Assembly (NCBI GenBank): GCA_951406725.2
Contig: OX597815.1
Span: 194,866,001 to 194,930,000 of the forward strand
Reading direction: 5' to 3'
Length of the DNA: 64,000 bases
From: Octopus vulgaris
Taxonomy: Eukaryota
The notes beneath the pieces were generated by a model. It saw nothing but the letters and a program-made list of their open reading frames with translations, did not search any database and was not told the DNA's origin. Numbering within the stretch: position 1 is the stretch's first letter; every line of letters starts with the position of its first letter. Position numbers and translations under genes: made by a program. Positions 22,961-36,276 of this stretch are shown here, piece after piece.

Positions 22961-24386
22961 ACAATATTTGACGTTTATCCTATTCTCTATTAATCAAATC
23001 CATCCGGAAAGTCAAAATATCGTTTGAGGATAGTACAGAATCTTTCATAGTGAAAACCCTTAGGACTAATCTTAAGCGCCAAAAACAGAATTTCATTCGT
23101 CAGACTGATATACCGCAGGAAGTATTATCCTTACTCTTTCTCTCAAAAATAGACTCCGCTTGTGATTTAACACTCTTGAGGTGATGAATTGGTTCAAGGA
23201 TATTGAAAATCAACATGTGTAACTTATGTAATCTTTTAGTATGTAATATTTAATTAAATGAACTTTAAATATACTTTGATTAAATATTCCCTAATTATAT
23301 ATTGTGATTCCCGTCTTAGACATTAAATCTTATTGATTTTCTTTCCGTTGGTCATACGGTATAAATATACTTCTTTCTTTTATTCTGAATTATTCTGGGT
23401 TTAGCTATTCCCGTTATTTTATTTAATTCCAAATATATTCAACGCCAAATCCAATATCTTATTACGTGCCTCATTACTATTTTACTTTTATTTGGATATA
23501 TGATTAGTTTTATCACGTACAATTCGTTGGAAGTGTATATTATTTAGCATATATGCGTGCGTGCGCGTGTGTGTCTGTGTGTGTCTGTTTGCGAATTTAA
23601 GCATTTACATGTGTTATTCGTATACATCTCTTAGAGTGAAAATTATTCTTTTCAGCAACTGTCTTTAGAATATGGATGTTCCTCCTTTGACCTGGGGCCA
23701 GATTTTGGTAAATCTTGTTCAAGTTAAATGGAATTCTGTCTCGCCCTGAACATAAAAAAATTCAGGCTTAGTACTCTTAAGGAATGACCATCAACATTTC
23801 TCTCACCCATAAATTGCAACATAGGAACTATGTTCGTTTTGAACAATCCATTCGCTTTCGTTTTTTAACTAACAATTATTCGAATGATACATACACACAT
23901 TTGGAGGGTACCTAGAACTGGTAAACTGCTCATTTAGCATTTGAATCGACAGCTGACACACTTTCCTTTTCGTAGAAAACTCTTTAGCTAAAAATGTGCG
24001 GGTTTGCTTCTTAGTGGTGTTGCGAATATCTAGTCAGTTTCCTCCGTTTTACTACAAATGTAAGCATACTAATGTTTGAAATTGATTCGGTTTTAACAAA
24101 ACCAATTTCTTCCATATTCCAAAGAAAGGCATTTTGTGTATTATTTAAAAGGAAAATATGAATTTATGAAATAAATTATATAGTATTACCCTTACCATCG
24201 AATATGGTTCTAAAAGAACTTCGTTAATCTCCTGACCATTATTGCGACAATATCTTAGAGTTTCCTTATCATAATTATATTGAGGTTCAGCTATTGCTCA
24301 GAAGCTCAGCGTAGTGCAAACGCATTGCAATGTTATGGCATTTGATAGAGTAAAATAGGCAATGTGATAACATTGCTAGCAAAGAA

Positions 24387-24811
24387 TAAGGAGCTGAGGT
24401 TGACTTTACCTTTTCTCCTTTAACGGCAGAATCGGTAGGACGTCGGGCGAAATGCTTTGCGGTACTTCGTCTGCCACTACGTTCTGAGTTCAAATTCCGC
24501 CGAGGTCGCCTTTGCCTTTCATCCTTTTGCCGTCGATTAAATAAGTACCAGTTACGCACTGAAGTCGATGTAATTGACTTAATCCGTTTGTCTGTCCTTA
24601 TTTGTCCCTTCTGTGTTTGGCCCCTTGTGGGTAGTAAAGAAATAGGTATTTCATCTGCCGCTACGTTCTGAGTTAAAAATTCCGCTGAGGTCGACTTTGC
24701 CTTTCATCTTTACGGGGTCGATAAATTAAGTACCAGCTGGGTACTGGGGTCGATGTAATCGACTGGCCCTCTCCCCACAAAATTTCGGACCTTGTGCCTT
24801 AAGTAGGAACG
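24387..24811 (+). mobile_element. SINE family A dimer (tail 1 plus tail 2)
   Basis: 18-bp TSD AACATTGCTAGCAAAGAA at 24369-24386 and 24812-24829. Junction AAAGAAATA|GGTATTTC at 24645. Confidence 0.9.
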
Positions 24812-25219
24812 AACATTGCTAGCAAAGAAAAATTGTTAGAGGTATCTAGTAAAGAGGAATATTTACCCATGTTTGCCTCATTGAAAACATAGTTTCACAA
24901 TACAAATAAAAGTGCAAACCATCTAAGATATAACCTCATCACGATAACTTATCAAATTTTCACCATTACGAATACTTAGCTATATAATATAAACAAATAA
25001 TCTAATTTTAGCACCATAATTAATTTTCTCCTTTTTTTCTCGGGCGATTAAGAAATTTGTGTTTAATTTCTTTAAATTAAAGGAAATACATATCTTGTGA
25101 ATATGTTCTTACGTTTCTCCGGTCATGTCCTTCCTCTTCAGCTATGGATTAGGTAACTCGTTATCAATGATGGTTTTTACCCGACCATTTAGGAGGAGAG
25201 ATATTTTCCAGTGCCTTCG

Positions 25220-25620
25220 AATTTAATATTTAATAATTAAAGTTGGAGGAATCCCACGAGTCGAAAATGATCTGGTAAAGTATAATTCTTTATTCTTTAT
25301 ACCGATCTAATTCCGAAACGCGCGTACGTCGGTAACCTAATATCGATTGATTTTCGTTATTTTTCCCCTTTTGCCTGCGTGGATTGTTTTCAAGTACTTT
25401 GGTTTTTCTGGGAGTCCCTTTTAAAGTTGAAAGAATAGCTAAGATTTTTTTGACTGCTATTTCTAAACTTCGGTATGTGGTGAAGCAAATCTTTGCTGAA
25501 CCCTAATTATAAAGTATTACTTAAGCTTACCATGAAATGGTCTTTTTCATGTCGAATTTTACTTGGTGAAATTACTGATTACTTCTTAATTAATTAATTT
25601 TACCCTTTGCTAGTATTGAT
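25220..25620 (+). mobile_element. PLE pseudo-LTR-like repeat ending at (TA)n
   Basis: Hammerhead 3' half GAAACGCGCGTA (palindromic P3) near 25315, with the CUGAUGA strand decayed. 25450-25610 is similar to 57302-57450. Confidence 0.5.
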
Positions 25621-25626
25621 AAAAAA

Positions 25627-25671
<45 letters not shown>

Positions 25672-25675
<4 letters not shown>

Positions 25676-25888
25676 TGTGTGTGTTCGTGTGTGTTTATGT
25701 TGGTCCCCCACCAATTCTTAATATAGGGTGTCGGTGTATTTACGGCCCTCGAAGCAGCGGTTCGGCGTGGAATACCGATATGATAAGTATCAGAGCTTAA
25801 AAAATAGTACTGGGGCCTATTGGTTCGACTAAAACTTTTCAGGTGGTACATCAGCATGTCCGCTGTGCATGACTGAAAAGAGTAAAAG
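25672..25888 (+). mobile_element. SINE family D, diverged 3' fragment
   Basis: (TG)-rich start, GCGGTTCGGC..ACCGAT..GATAAGTA, CAGCATG..ATGACTGAAA tail. Confidence 0.55.
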
Positions 25889-26118
25889 CTCTATCTGTCT
25901 GCCTGTCTGTCTGTTTATCTATCTATCTACGTATCTATGTGCCTACCTACCGATCTATCTATCTGTTTACCTATCTATGTACTTATCTACCTACCGATAT
26001 ATCTGTTTATCTATCTATCGATCAATCTGTCTATTTATCTATCTATCTATATATATATATTACGGAGATGTACTCGCATAGCAAGTAATTTGATCTGAGA
26101 TCGTGTGCTGAAACGAAA

Positions 26119-26399
26119 ACAATTGCAGCGTGGAAGGTGTTTATAAGCCATTTAAGAAACACACAAAAGCCGTTCGATTCACTCCAACATTTAAGTTTAA
26201 TTTGTCAAAATATTTTCGTCGCTAAAATCCGCGACCTGTTCACTGACAAAGTCCGTGATGCAGCACGGACTTTGTCAGTGAACAGGTCGCGGATTTTAGC
26301 GACGAAAATATTTTGACAAATTAAACTTAAATGTTGGAGTGAATCGAACGGCTTTTGTGTGTTTCTTAAATGGCTTATAAACACCTTCCACGCTGCAAT

Positions 26400-26402
<3 letters not shown>
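26119..26402. repeat. 284-bp near-perfect palindrome with no spacer and two G3:C8 hammerhead-like motifs
   Basis: Checked block by block. The arms are reverse complements except at 26258/26263, and the centre is 26260/26261. Unique sequence extends left to ~26061. (TA)n lies on both sides. Confidence 0.95.
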
Positions 26403-26464
<62 letters not shown>

Positions 26465-26636
26465 ATCTATCCATCTATTTATCTATCCATCTATTTATTT
26501 ATCTATCCATCTATCTATCTATCAATCTATTTATCTATCTATCCATCTATTTATCTATCTACCCATCTATCTATCTATCCATCTATTTATTCCTCTATCT
26601 ATCTATCCCTCTATCTATCCCTCTATTTATCTATCC

Positions 26637-26701
<65 letters not shown>

Positions 26702-26730
26702 ACTATCTATCTATCCATCTATCTAGCAAT
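26403..26730. repeat. (TA)n plus (TATC/CATC)n microsatellite
   Basis: Direct inspection. Confidence 0.95.
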
Positions 26731-27268
26731 CTATACCCTTATTGATATACACACTCTTCCTTCATCTCTTGTGCTTTGTTTCACTCCTACAGATCCTGTA
26801 CCTCGTTCCCAACGATCGTCTTGTTTACATGTTTTCTCCCTTCTTTTCTTCCTCCCACACGCTTCTATATCCATTATTTCTATCTACCCAGCCCTTGAAG
26901 CTATTCACTGAAAGCTGACTTCTGAATCTAATTCTATTTCTGCGTTACATGTATAGTGTTTATTTGTCCTTTGTATTTCTTCTGAAAGAGAGACCTTATC
27001 TGTTCAATATTTCCGTTTCCCTTCTCTTCGTCTTTAATCAGAAAGAAAAACTAATTGTTTCTATAGCATCCACCACACTATATCGAACGGCTTTAATTCT
27101 CTTACATAATTCATTTCCCTATAATTTTTTTATATTCCTGTAAATTCTGATTTTTTCTTTCCTCGTAAGCCATAAACTCAATGTCGTTTGTAGATGTTTC
27201 TTTAAATGCACACACACACACACACACACAAACACACATGTAATAATAGTAATAACAACAACAATAAA

Positions 27269-27350
<82 letters not shown>

Positions 27351-27399
27351 GGTAGTATTACGAAGTAGGATAACATTAACTTTAATTCCTTTATATGTA

Positions 27400-27836
<437 letters not shown>

Positions 27837-27993
27837 AAAGTTGGTTTGTGAAAGCACGTGGTTGAATATATAGAAAATAGTAAAAAGTGAAAAAACTACA
27901 GAAGGCTTAAAGGTAAAAAATATATATATATTTGCGTCAATATGTTTGAAGAATATTAAAAAAAATTTTTTCTCTTACAATGACATAATTTAG

Positions 27994-28032
27994 AAGAAAG
28001 ACCGGTTTCGCGTTTAGCTTTTCAAATTTCTT
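27994..28032 (-). ncRNA. Minimal hammerhead-like motif, U3:A8 variant
   Basis: AAGAAA T TTGAAAA GC TAAAC GC GAA ACCGGT C TTTCTT: P1 AAGAAA/TTTCTT, 2-bp P2, palindromic P3 ACCGGT, GUC triplet. One extra T precedes the core. Confidence 0.55.
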
Positions 28033-28198
28033 GCGACGTTATGTTTATGTTGAATAGAGTTATCGTTATGTTTATGTTCAAAAGAGTTCTAAATAAGGGG
28101 AGGTAATGAGTGATTTCTTCCGGTGTAAGAGAATTAATCGCTTAAAAATGTTTTCCTTTCCCTTGGTGTGAATTTCTCTGTATCAGTATGTTGGCATG

Positions 28199-28710
28199 GT
28201 TAAGTCTGGGCTTGCACTTTTCAATGAAGAATGTTTCCTTGTTTAGTCTAATTTGTGTTGATGATCCGATAGCACATTGGAAAGATTAAAAATTGTGGTA
28301 GTAGTTACTTTGCGCATTTCTCAATATGCTCACTAAAAGGTATCATTCTGTATTCTGGGAATGCAATCTGTTGTCGATGCAGTGTGCATCTACGTCTGAG
28401 TGATAGTCCCGTGGATCCCACGTAGTCTTGGTGGCAGCCCGAGCATTTTATGACATAAATTATGTTTTCAGAGGCACAAGTAAAGTTAGATTTGATCTTG
28501 AATTTCTGTCCCTCTTTAAAGAGGAATTCTGATCCTTCTAGCAGGTTTGGACATGTTGCACAGTTCGATCTACCACATTTTTTTTACTTTTGCATCCGTA
28601 ATTTTAGAAAACAATTTTGCCTTTGTGAGAATCTTTTTAAGTGATTTAGGTTGTTTGTAGCTTTTAATGATTTGGTGTATGTTTAGAATTTCCTTTAATT
28701 TGGGGTCCTT
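28199..28710 (-). pseudogene. PLE GIY-YIG endonuclease remnant with Cys-rich linker
   Basis: Minus strand: DPKLKEIL..IKSYKQPKSLKKILTKAK, then KCGRSNCATCPNLLEGSEFLFKEGQKFKIKSNFTCASENIIYVIKCSGCHQDYVGSTGLSLRRRCTLHRQQI..PFSEHIEKC, then RLNKETFFIEKCKPRLN. Contains a stop and frameshifts. Confidence 0.88.
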
Positions 28711-28865
28711 ATGAAGTATTGGTAAATTCTGGTTGATGATGGTGAAGGCTTCTTTGTTTCTGGGGTTGTATGTAGATATGTAAGGTTATATTTTCGGGGA
28801 AGGTGTGTTGTTGTGTTGTGTGTGTGTTTTTATTGGCTAAACTGGCAAAATTACCATTCCGAAAT

Positions 28866-28932
<67 letters not shown>

Positions 28933-29564
28933 TATAGTATGTAGTGAACATTATATATATATATATGATGACGATAATAATAATAATTTCTTTCCGCTGT
29001 AATCACAATGCCTGACACTTTTGTGGGCAAGATTTGTTGATCACATCTGGTAATTATATACCTATACCCTGCTGGCAATTATTTTATATATCTCGAAAAG
29101 ATGAAAGTCAAATCTGAAAGGCTCGGCAACAGTTTCATTCAACCCGAAGCCGTAATAAATGCCACTAAGTATTTCATCCGGCGTGCTAATGATTTTGTCA
29201 GTTCGCAGGCTAAATGATAATAATGGTAAACATACATAAGAAACAAGGAGGATTTATGAGATAAGTTAATATAGATTAATTACATTATAAGAAAGTATAT
29301 CGATCAGCAATTTTAAACAAAAAACCGCCGTGGCAATTTTGGCTTTCCTGGTACTTTAGATATATGATTAACACATTTATGTTTTTAGAGGAAGCCAGAT
29401 ATTGAAACGAACTTTACAAATTAACCTTACACTTACGTAAATATATGAGGAGAAAGAATATGAGAGGGAGTTTAAAGGTGCTGTTGGAAGAGGGACATAA
29501 AGAGATGTGTGGATGTGTGTGTTTTCTCTGTGTGGGGTTATTATATGCACATTGATTATAGGGT

Positions 29565-29772
29565 GGGGAGCTGGAAGAAACGTTAGCACACTGGACGAAA
29601 TGCTTAGAGGTATTTCGTTAGTCTTTACGATCTGAGTTCAAATTCCGCCGAGGTCGACTTTGCTTTTCATCCTTCCGGGGTCGATAAATTAAGTACCAGC
29701 TTCGTACTGGGGTCGACCTAATCGAATTTCCCCCTCCCCAAAAATTTAGGATCTTTTCCCTATAGAAGAAAA
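29565..29772 (+). mobile_element. SINE family A monomer (tail 2)
   Basis: GAGCTGGAAGAAACGTTAGCAC..GAGTTCAAATTCCGCCGAGGTCGAC..CCCTCCCAAAAATTT. A more diverged minus copy lies at ~29000-29215. Confidence 0.85.
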
Positions 29773-30170
29773 TATTAATTTCTCTTTCCATCGCTGTGTA
29801 CGTAGAATTATACTATCAAATGCGTTGGCTTTTAAGAATTAAAGTAGAATTCCAACAAGAGCGGATATGCTCCAATCAATCACACAGTGTCTACTTTATT
29901 GATATATTTTCTTTGTAGTTATTTTGACTTAGAACCAAAAAAAAAGTCGTGACAATCTCACGACGTTGTGTACATTCAATTCTCACAGCTGCTATTCACA
30001 TTGCATGAAAAATAATAAGTACTTAGGTATATCGAAACATACCATTACAAGAGGCCTGTGTAAAATTTCTTGTGACATATACTGTAGAAATCAATATTTT
30101 GTACACGATAAGAGTGGCTTGCTAAGAGGCAAACTGAAACTAGCTTCATTAACAATATATGGAAAATAAT

Positions 30171-30571
30171 AAGGCGGCGAGCTGGCAAAATCGTTAGCAC
30201 GCCCGACGAAATGCGTAGCAGTATTTCGTCTGCCGCTACATTCTGAGTTCAAATTCCGCCGAGGTCTGCTTTGCCTTTCATCCTTCCGGGGTCGATTAAA
30301 TAAGTACCAGTTACGCACTGGGGTGGACATAACCGACTTAATCCGTTTGTCTCTCCCTGTTTGTCCTCTGAGTGTTTAGCCCTTTGTGGGTAGTAGAGAA
30401 ATAGGTATTTCTCCTATCTTTATGTTCTGAGTTCAAATTACGCCGAGGTCGACTTTGCCTTTTCTCCAATCGGGGTCGACGAAGTAAGTATCAGTTGCGT
30501 ACTGAGGTCGATCTAATTGACTGTCTTCATCCTCAAAAATTTCGGGCCTTGTACCTAGAGTAGAAAAGAAT
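30171..30571 (+). mobile_element. SINE family A dimer (tail 1 plus tail 2)
   Basis: Head AAGGCGGCGAGCTGGCAAAATCGTTAGCAC. Junction GAGAAATA|GGTATTTC at 30404. Confidence 0.9.
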
Positions 30572-33251
30572 ATAAGGAATGTTATTTATATTTCCTTCAC
30601 CAAAGTTTGTACATGAAAGTGTTATTTAGGATTAAATATATATTTTAAAACGTATCATGTTCTTTAAAATTGCTAAACGAATAGCTATTAGGAACCTTTT
30701 TAAATTACAGTTCGGATGTGATTTATCGATGCGTTTAATAATATTCATATTTTAATAATATGGAAAATTTAATTTAAATTTATAATTAAGCACTCATCAG
30801 AAAGTTCAGATATATCTCTTACATATTTACATACTTTGATATTCGCTACTTTATTTAGAACACAGTATGATCTGTCTTATTAAAGATTATATATCAAATA
30901 ACATGCAGACACTAAATGCATTTACCCCTGAAGACTATAATATCTGAAATGGAATATATGCACCTGCGAGATTAGAGCCAAAGATTTTAATTAAATCACC
31001 TTCATGTATCAAGCAACTACTCTGTATTAGTCACCTGTTCTGTATAAATGTTAATTGCATAAAGCTTGAAGGGTATAAACCCTGAAGATATTTCACAAAT
31101 ACGCTGTTGAAGCCAATCATATTTCTATAAAATATCCTTTACTCTATCAATATTTCCTAGATATTTCTCATTATGCTATTATAAATTGAAAATACCCCCA
31201 GTTATAAACATTACGGAAGAAAAATCAAACAAATCGTCTACTGCTCTTTCAATAGTTTGTGTTATCTAAAATAAAAGAATGGAATATATTTAAAAATCCA
31301 ATATTTTATGAAGAATGTGATAAATAGTATTTCTTCCGAGATTACAGAGTTGAAAACTATTTTTTGGGTATATTAATATTACATATTGAAACATTCTTTA
31401 CGAAATATTGATTGTAAGAAATCGAAATACAATTGTATCATATTTTATATTCCTTTAAAATATTAATCTTTTGAAATATACTACGTGCTTTCTTGTTGCG
31501 TATTCTCCCGGCTTTCAATTGCATCATGAAGCTAAATAATACGTTTATAACTTTGAAACGATTTGAGATTAAATTCCATTATACACACTTTCAAACGAAA
31601 AGATGTACGCACAGAATCGCACAGAATTATATTTCTCGTTACAATTCTTTCATACAATCTTGTAATATTAATCCAAAGCACTTGGCATTCCTGTCAGAGA
31701 AAATGAAATTGAATACCGGAAAATTTCTAACAGAAACAAATTATTAATCATTGAAAATATCTAGAAAATATCAATTGAAATAAGAATATAATGAAATATC
31801 AAAGGATTACATTACTTCAAGAAAACTGGGAAAGAAATGCGTGTATGTTAGAGCAGAAAGGAGAAAGAGAGGGGAGGAAACAAGCCAGCAAAAAATGAAA
31901 AATATATTGAAGAATGAGTAACAATAAGTAAGAGAGAACACGTAATATATATTGAAAATATTCATTTTCAGACTGTATTATTGAAAAGAATTTATACAAT
32001 AAATCCTGAAGTGGCAAATTCTAATCGCTATCATCTAGACGAAGGAAATATCCGTCTACATGATATAGTTTAAAAGAATGGAAAAGAAGAAAAAAAAATT
32101 GAAAAGGAAATCTAACAAAAATACATCTCCTCCATGGATATATTCTGTTACATAAATTAATATTTGGATATTTGATCACTAAAATTATATAAATAAGACT
32201 AAAATTTTTGAATAGATGGCGGTATCTAACGTGCTTCATCAGGAGTGTGTTGCCATACACATTTTTGCAATCTATTTTTTAGGATGGCTCTTAAATTCTC
32301 TGCTATTTTGGCATATTTGGGCCGTATATTTAAATATATGAGAGAAACCTGAATTTGAAATTGTATAAAAAAATATGCATATTACATTTCCTTGATTTTA
32401 ATCTTATTTGTTATCATATCAGAATTTGACTAGAAGTAGATAATGTATCTAATTAGCGAATTTATTTGATTTGTACGTAATTTTGTTACGGGATGGCGGA
32501 TAGTGAATGGCCTTTCTATATGAGGGATAGCTGCGAGAAAAACAACTTCTTGACAAATATGTGGTGAAACAAAACCGAAAAGAGGGTTTCAGAGATGAGT
32601 GAGATGAAACAAGGAATGCTATTCCAAACCCAAACGGTTGCATCCAGTGGCAAGATGGCAGCTTTAAACCGGACGATAAATTATGTCTTCTTCCGCTACT
32701 CATTTATAAAGAATTTCTAAGATAGCGAATAAAACAAATGTAATTGTTTTGATGTAGTTAAGTTTGTAGATTAGCCAAAATAAACGTTTGTATTTCTATA
32801 TATTTTAATGTTGTAATGTTTTAAAAACATTAATTCAGTAAATTAAAGACAATTCCATAGGACAAATATAATACAATTAAATGGACAAATATTCTAAAGT
32901 CAACCTTGTTTTCTTCATTATGTCATATACTACAGAATATTACAATATTATTAAATCGAGATGTTGTAAATGATATTTCAACTTTGTTTCCTTTATTTTG
33001 CCATATACTAAAAAATATAGCAATATTATTAAATTAAGACGATGTAAAGGATATTTGTAAAATGACGGTATTTTTAACTAATTGAAAAATTGTAATATAT
33101 AATGTAATATCATTTGAATCGATCATAATATATACACTATCAATGTAACTGTATTTGGTTGACATACATTCCAATATTTGAAATGAATTCTGCTCGAAAA
33201 CAATAAGGAAATCATATGACTAGAAGCAAAAATTGAAAAGGTAAATACATA

Positions 33252-33320
33252 TTCTTTTTTACTCTAGGTACTAGGTCCCACAATTTGGGAAGGGACCAGT
33301 CGATTAGATCGACCCCAGTG
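33252..33320 (-). mobile_element. SINE family A tail 2 fragment abutting the HERO-like end
   Basis: TTCTTTTTACTCTAGGTACTAGG..CCAGTCGATTAGATCGACCCCAGTG. Confidence 0.7.
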
Positions 33321-33750
33321 GATGTCTTGCAAACAACTTGCACATGCAAGTGCTACCAGTTAAAAGCTCCGTATATCGGAAGCTAGGAAGTGTATGGGGT
33401 CATCAGGAGAGAATGCGCGCCGTTTCGGGGCCTACCTCTCGACGGCATCAATGCGCACCGGCCCCCCTCACTGATATGAGGCCTCGCTTGCTAGATCAGC
33501 TGGTTATGAAGAACTCAATATACTTCTAGCCATCGCTCATCGTCTCTTTTTAACCAAATCCAGTGGCTAGCCTTCTCCACTGTAGATTGGATATCGGTCA
33601 TGGTGGTATTAATGCTAGTTTCTCACCCTCCTCTAACATTCGTTATAGTGTACCCTTTGGCCATGTTAGTAATGTCATCGCAATAAACACCATTATGTCG
33701 GACATCCTGCACCCCTCGTTCGTCAAGAATTCTTTTAAAGCACAGTTCCT
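33321..33750 (-). mobile_element. 3' fragment of an RLE-type non-LTR retrotransposon (HERO-like)
   Basis: Minus strand 33592-33515 reads IQSTVEKASHWIWLKRDDERWLEVY*, matching the AExASxWLWLKR C-terminal motif. An EGCR remnant lies upstream (~33705-33717). The 3' UTR is structured. Confidence 0.7.
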
Positions 33751-35868
33751 TCTGCTTGTAACTTATAAATTACCTGCAATGAAGAAGAGCAAAAACATTA
33801 GGCTGTATACAGGACGCGGTACGATGCTTGTGAGTGTGTGTTTGTATGTCTGTGCGTGTGGATATTTGAGTCTATTATAATCTATGCATGCGGATGCATG
33901 TTCCTGTATGTATATATATTTCCATATATACGCTGTTGCCCTTCTAATATCTTAGTGAATGTAAGTACAGATGTTCTCAGAATACATTGATAAGCGTCTC
34001 TGAAACAAATGTTGTCTTACTGCTTGTAAAGCTTAATCGCTCGTGCCTATTATCTAAGTCATGTGACAACAATATATAACTCAATCACTGGCTGGAGAAT
34101 AGAGAGCGTGCAACCTAGGGGCAATAAAAACACTTTGGACACCCTTATGAATATTTTCATGGCCGAAACTGAGTGTAAAATCATTTTTCGCTTGATTTGA
34201 AACATTACCTTTCCATTATTGGGTTTATTAGATTCGATCGATGGACAAGTGTAATAAGAATAATATTTGTGTTGACACCCGTATTTATTTTAATATCAAG
34301 ATGAGAAAATCGACCGTGTTTGTAATAAAAAATAAGATCTGATTTTGCACCTCAAAAGCAAATTTCGTTCTCGCGTAAGTGAACGTTGTTACCGTGTAAT
34401 CTGTCCACCTGCAATGCTGCTCCCGGGATTTGCTAATATTTGTTAATAGACATAAAAAATGTACTGACTGGAAATTGGCCTTTTTAATTCAGATGAGATA
34501 TATAGGAAGATTATTGGTGTTCTAGTGCTAAACCTGTTCAGAAAAGGAACAGGGCATATGACGAGTAAAGGCATTCAAATATTATGAGTTATTAGGTCTT
34601 CTTTTTAAGTTAGTACTTAGTAGCTTTTGGTATAAGTATAATATAATATCTGCACCCCCCCCCCCCAGAAAACACAGAAAGCGGTTAGATTTATCTGAAG
34701 TGACAGCTTTCATTAAATATGAAGGAAGTACATTTCATAGTCTAGATAATGCCTTCGATAAGTTGTTCGAAAATGATTTGGAAATGTTATGGCTGGAACA
34801 ATGCAGCTGTCCTTACAAAGAGCGTATGTAATGTTAGGCAACAATGACAACATGGTGAGAGTTATGTGGATGGAAGTTTGAAAGTGTAGCATGAGGTTTC
34901 GAAATGTGTGTGTGTGTGTGAAAAGATGTGTGTTTGAAAGAGAGAGAGAGACATAGACAGAGAGACAGAGGGAGAGGGACAGAGAGAGAGAGAGAGACAG
35001 AGAGAATATCTGTAAGTGTGTGTGTATGTCAGTGAGAGCGAGATAGAGAGAGCGTTTGCGTGTGTGGTGTTTGAATAAGAATGTCTGCTTATTGGGTATA
35101 TACATGCGTCAGCTAGACAGTATATATTTCTTTAAAGCACACAATGTATTGAAGTTGCAAATATGTACTATAAAAGAAACAATAATTCAGCATTTTATAA
35201 GTAACTGCGTTCCAACGAACCGTGTACGTTTCCCTTGTTATTCAATCGAGAACATTTTTCTGTGTATTGCCTATAATAGAAATATTTTAACTTCTTTTAG
35301 CTTATTATTAATTCTTTTCCATTATTTCTATGGAGGACTTCCTTTCCGAATTTTCGTTTTCTCATTTAGTAATATTTTAGTATATTTTTTCTATTTTTTC
35401 ACATTATTCTGAATTCCAAACGTCTGATTGTATTTCAGCGGACAGTAAACTGCTGGACTGTCCACTATTGATATTGAATGGCTTGCCTCTAATAAGGTTC
35501 ACCGAAGTAATTCAAGAAGCCACAAGAAGGTGCCGATCGTTTTCACATAAGCATACCTGTCTTAATAACCGGTATATATTTTACAAAAAAAAGTGAAACA
35601 AAATAATAAATCTACCTCTCCACAATATTACTCACTATTACTGCCTACAGAAAGTAACTCCACAAATTATTCCTCGTATACTTTCTTTCACAGAGTCCTC
35701 TTTAAAACATTTAGCCACAATCACTTGTTGAAGATCATCTCAATGTACAATGCATGTAAAACACCAACAAGTCATTGATACCTGTTATGTCGCACGTTCG
35801 GATGCCTCTACTACTCTACTCCTACTACTCTCTTCTACTCTACTGTTCTCTAGTCTACCTGTTTCTTT

Positions 35869-36276
35869 ACTACCCACAAGGGGCTAAACACAGAGAGGAC
35901 AAACCAGGACAGACAAACGGAATTAAGTCGATTATATCGACCTCAGTGCGTAACTGGTACTTACTTAATCGACCCCGAAAGGATGAAAGGCAAAGTCGAC
36001 CTCGGCGAAATTTGAAGTCAGAACGCAATGGCAGACGAAATACCTATTTCTTTATTACCCACAAGGGGCCGAACACAGAGGGGACAAACAAGGACAGACA
36101 TAGGTATTAAGTCGATTACATCGACCCCAGTGCGTAACTAGTACTTAATTTATCGACCCCGAAAGGATGAAAGGCAAAGTCGACCTCGGCGGAATTTGAA
36201 CTCACAACGTAACGCAGACGAAATACCGCAAAGCATTTCACCCGGCGTGCTAACGTTTCCGCCAGCTCGGCGCCTT
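35869..36276 (-). mobile_element. SINE family A dimer (tail 1 plus tail 1)
   Basis: 14-bp TSD TTCTCTAGTCTACC on both sides. Internal junction GACGAAATACC|TATTTCTTT at 36044. Confidence 0.92.
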
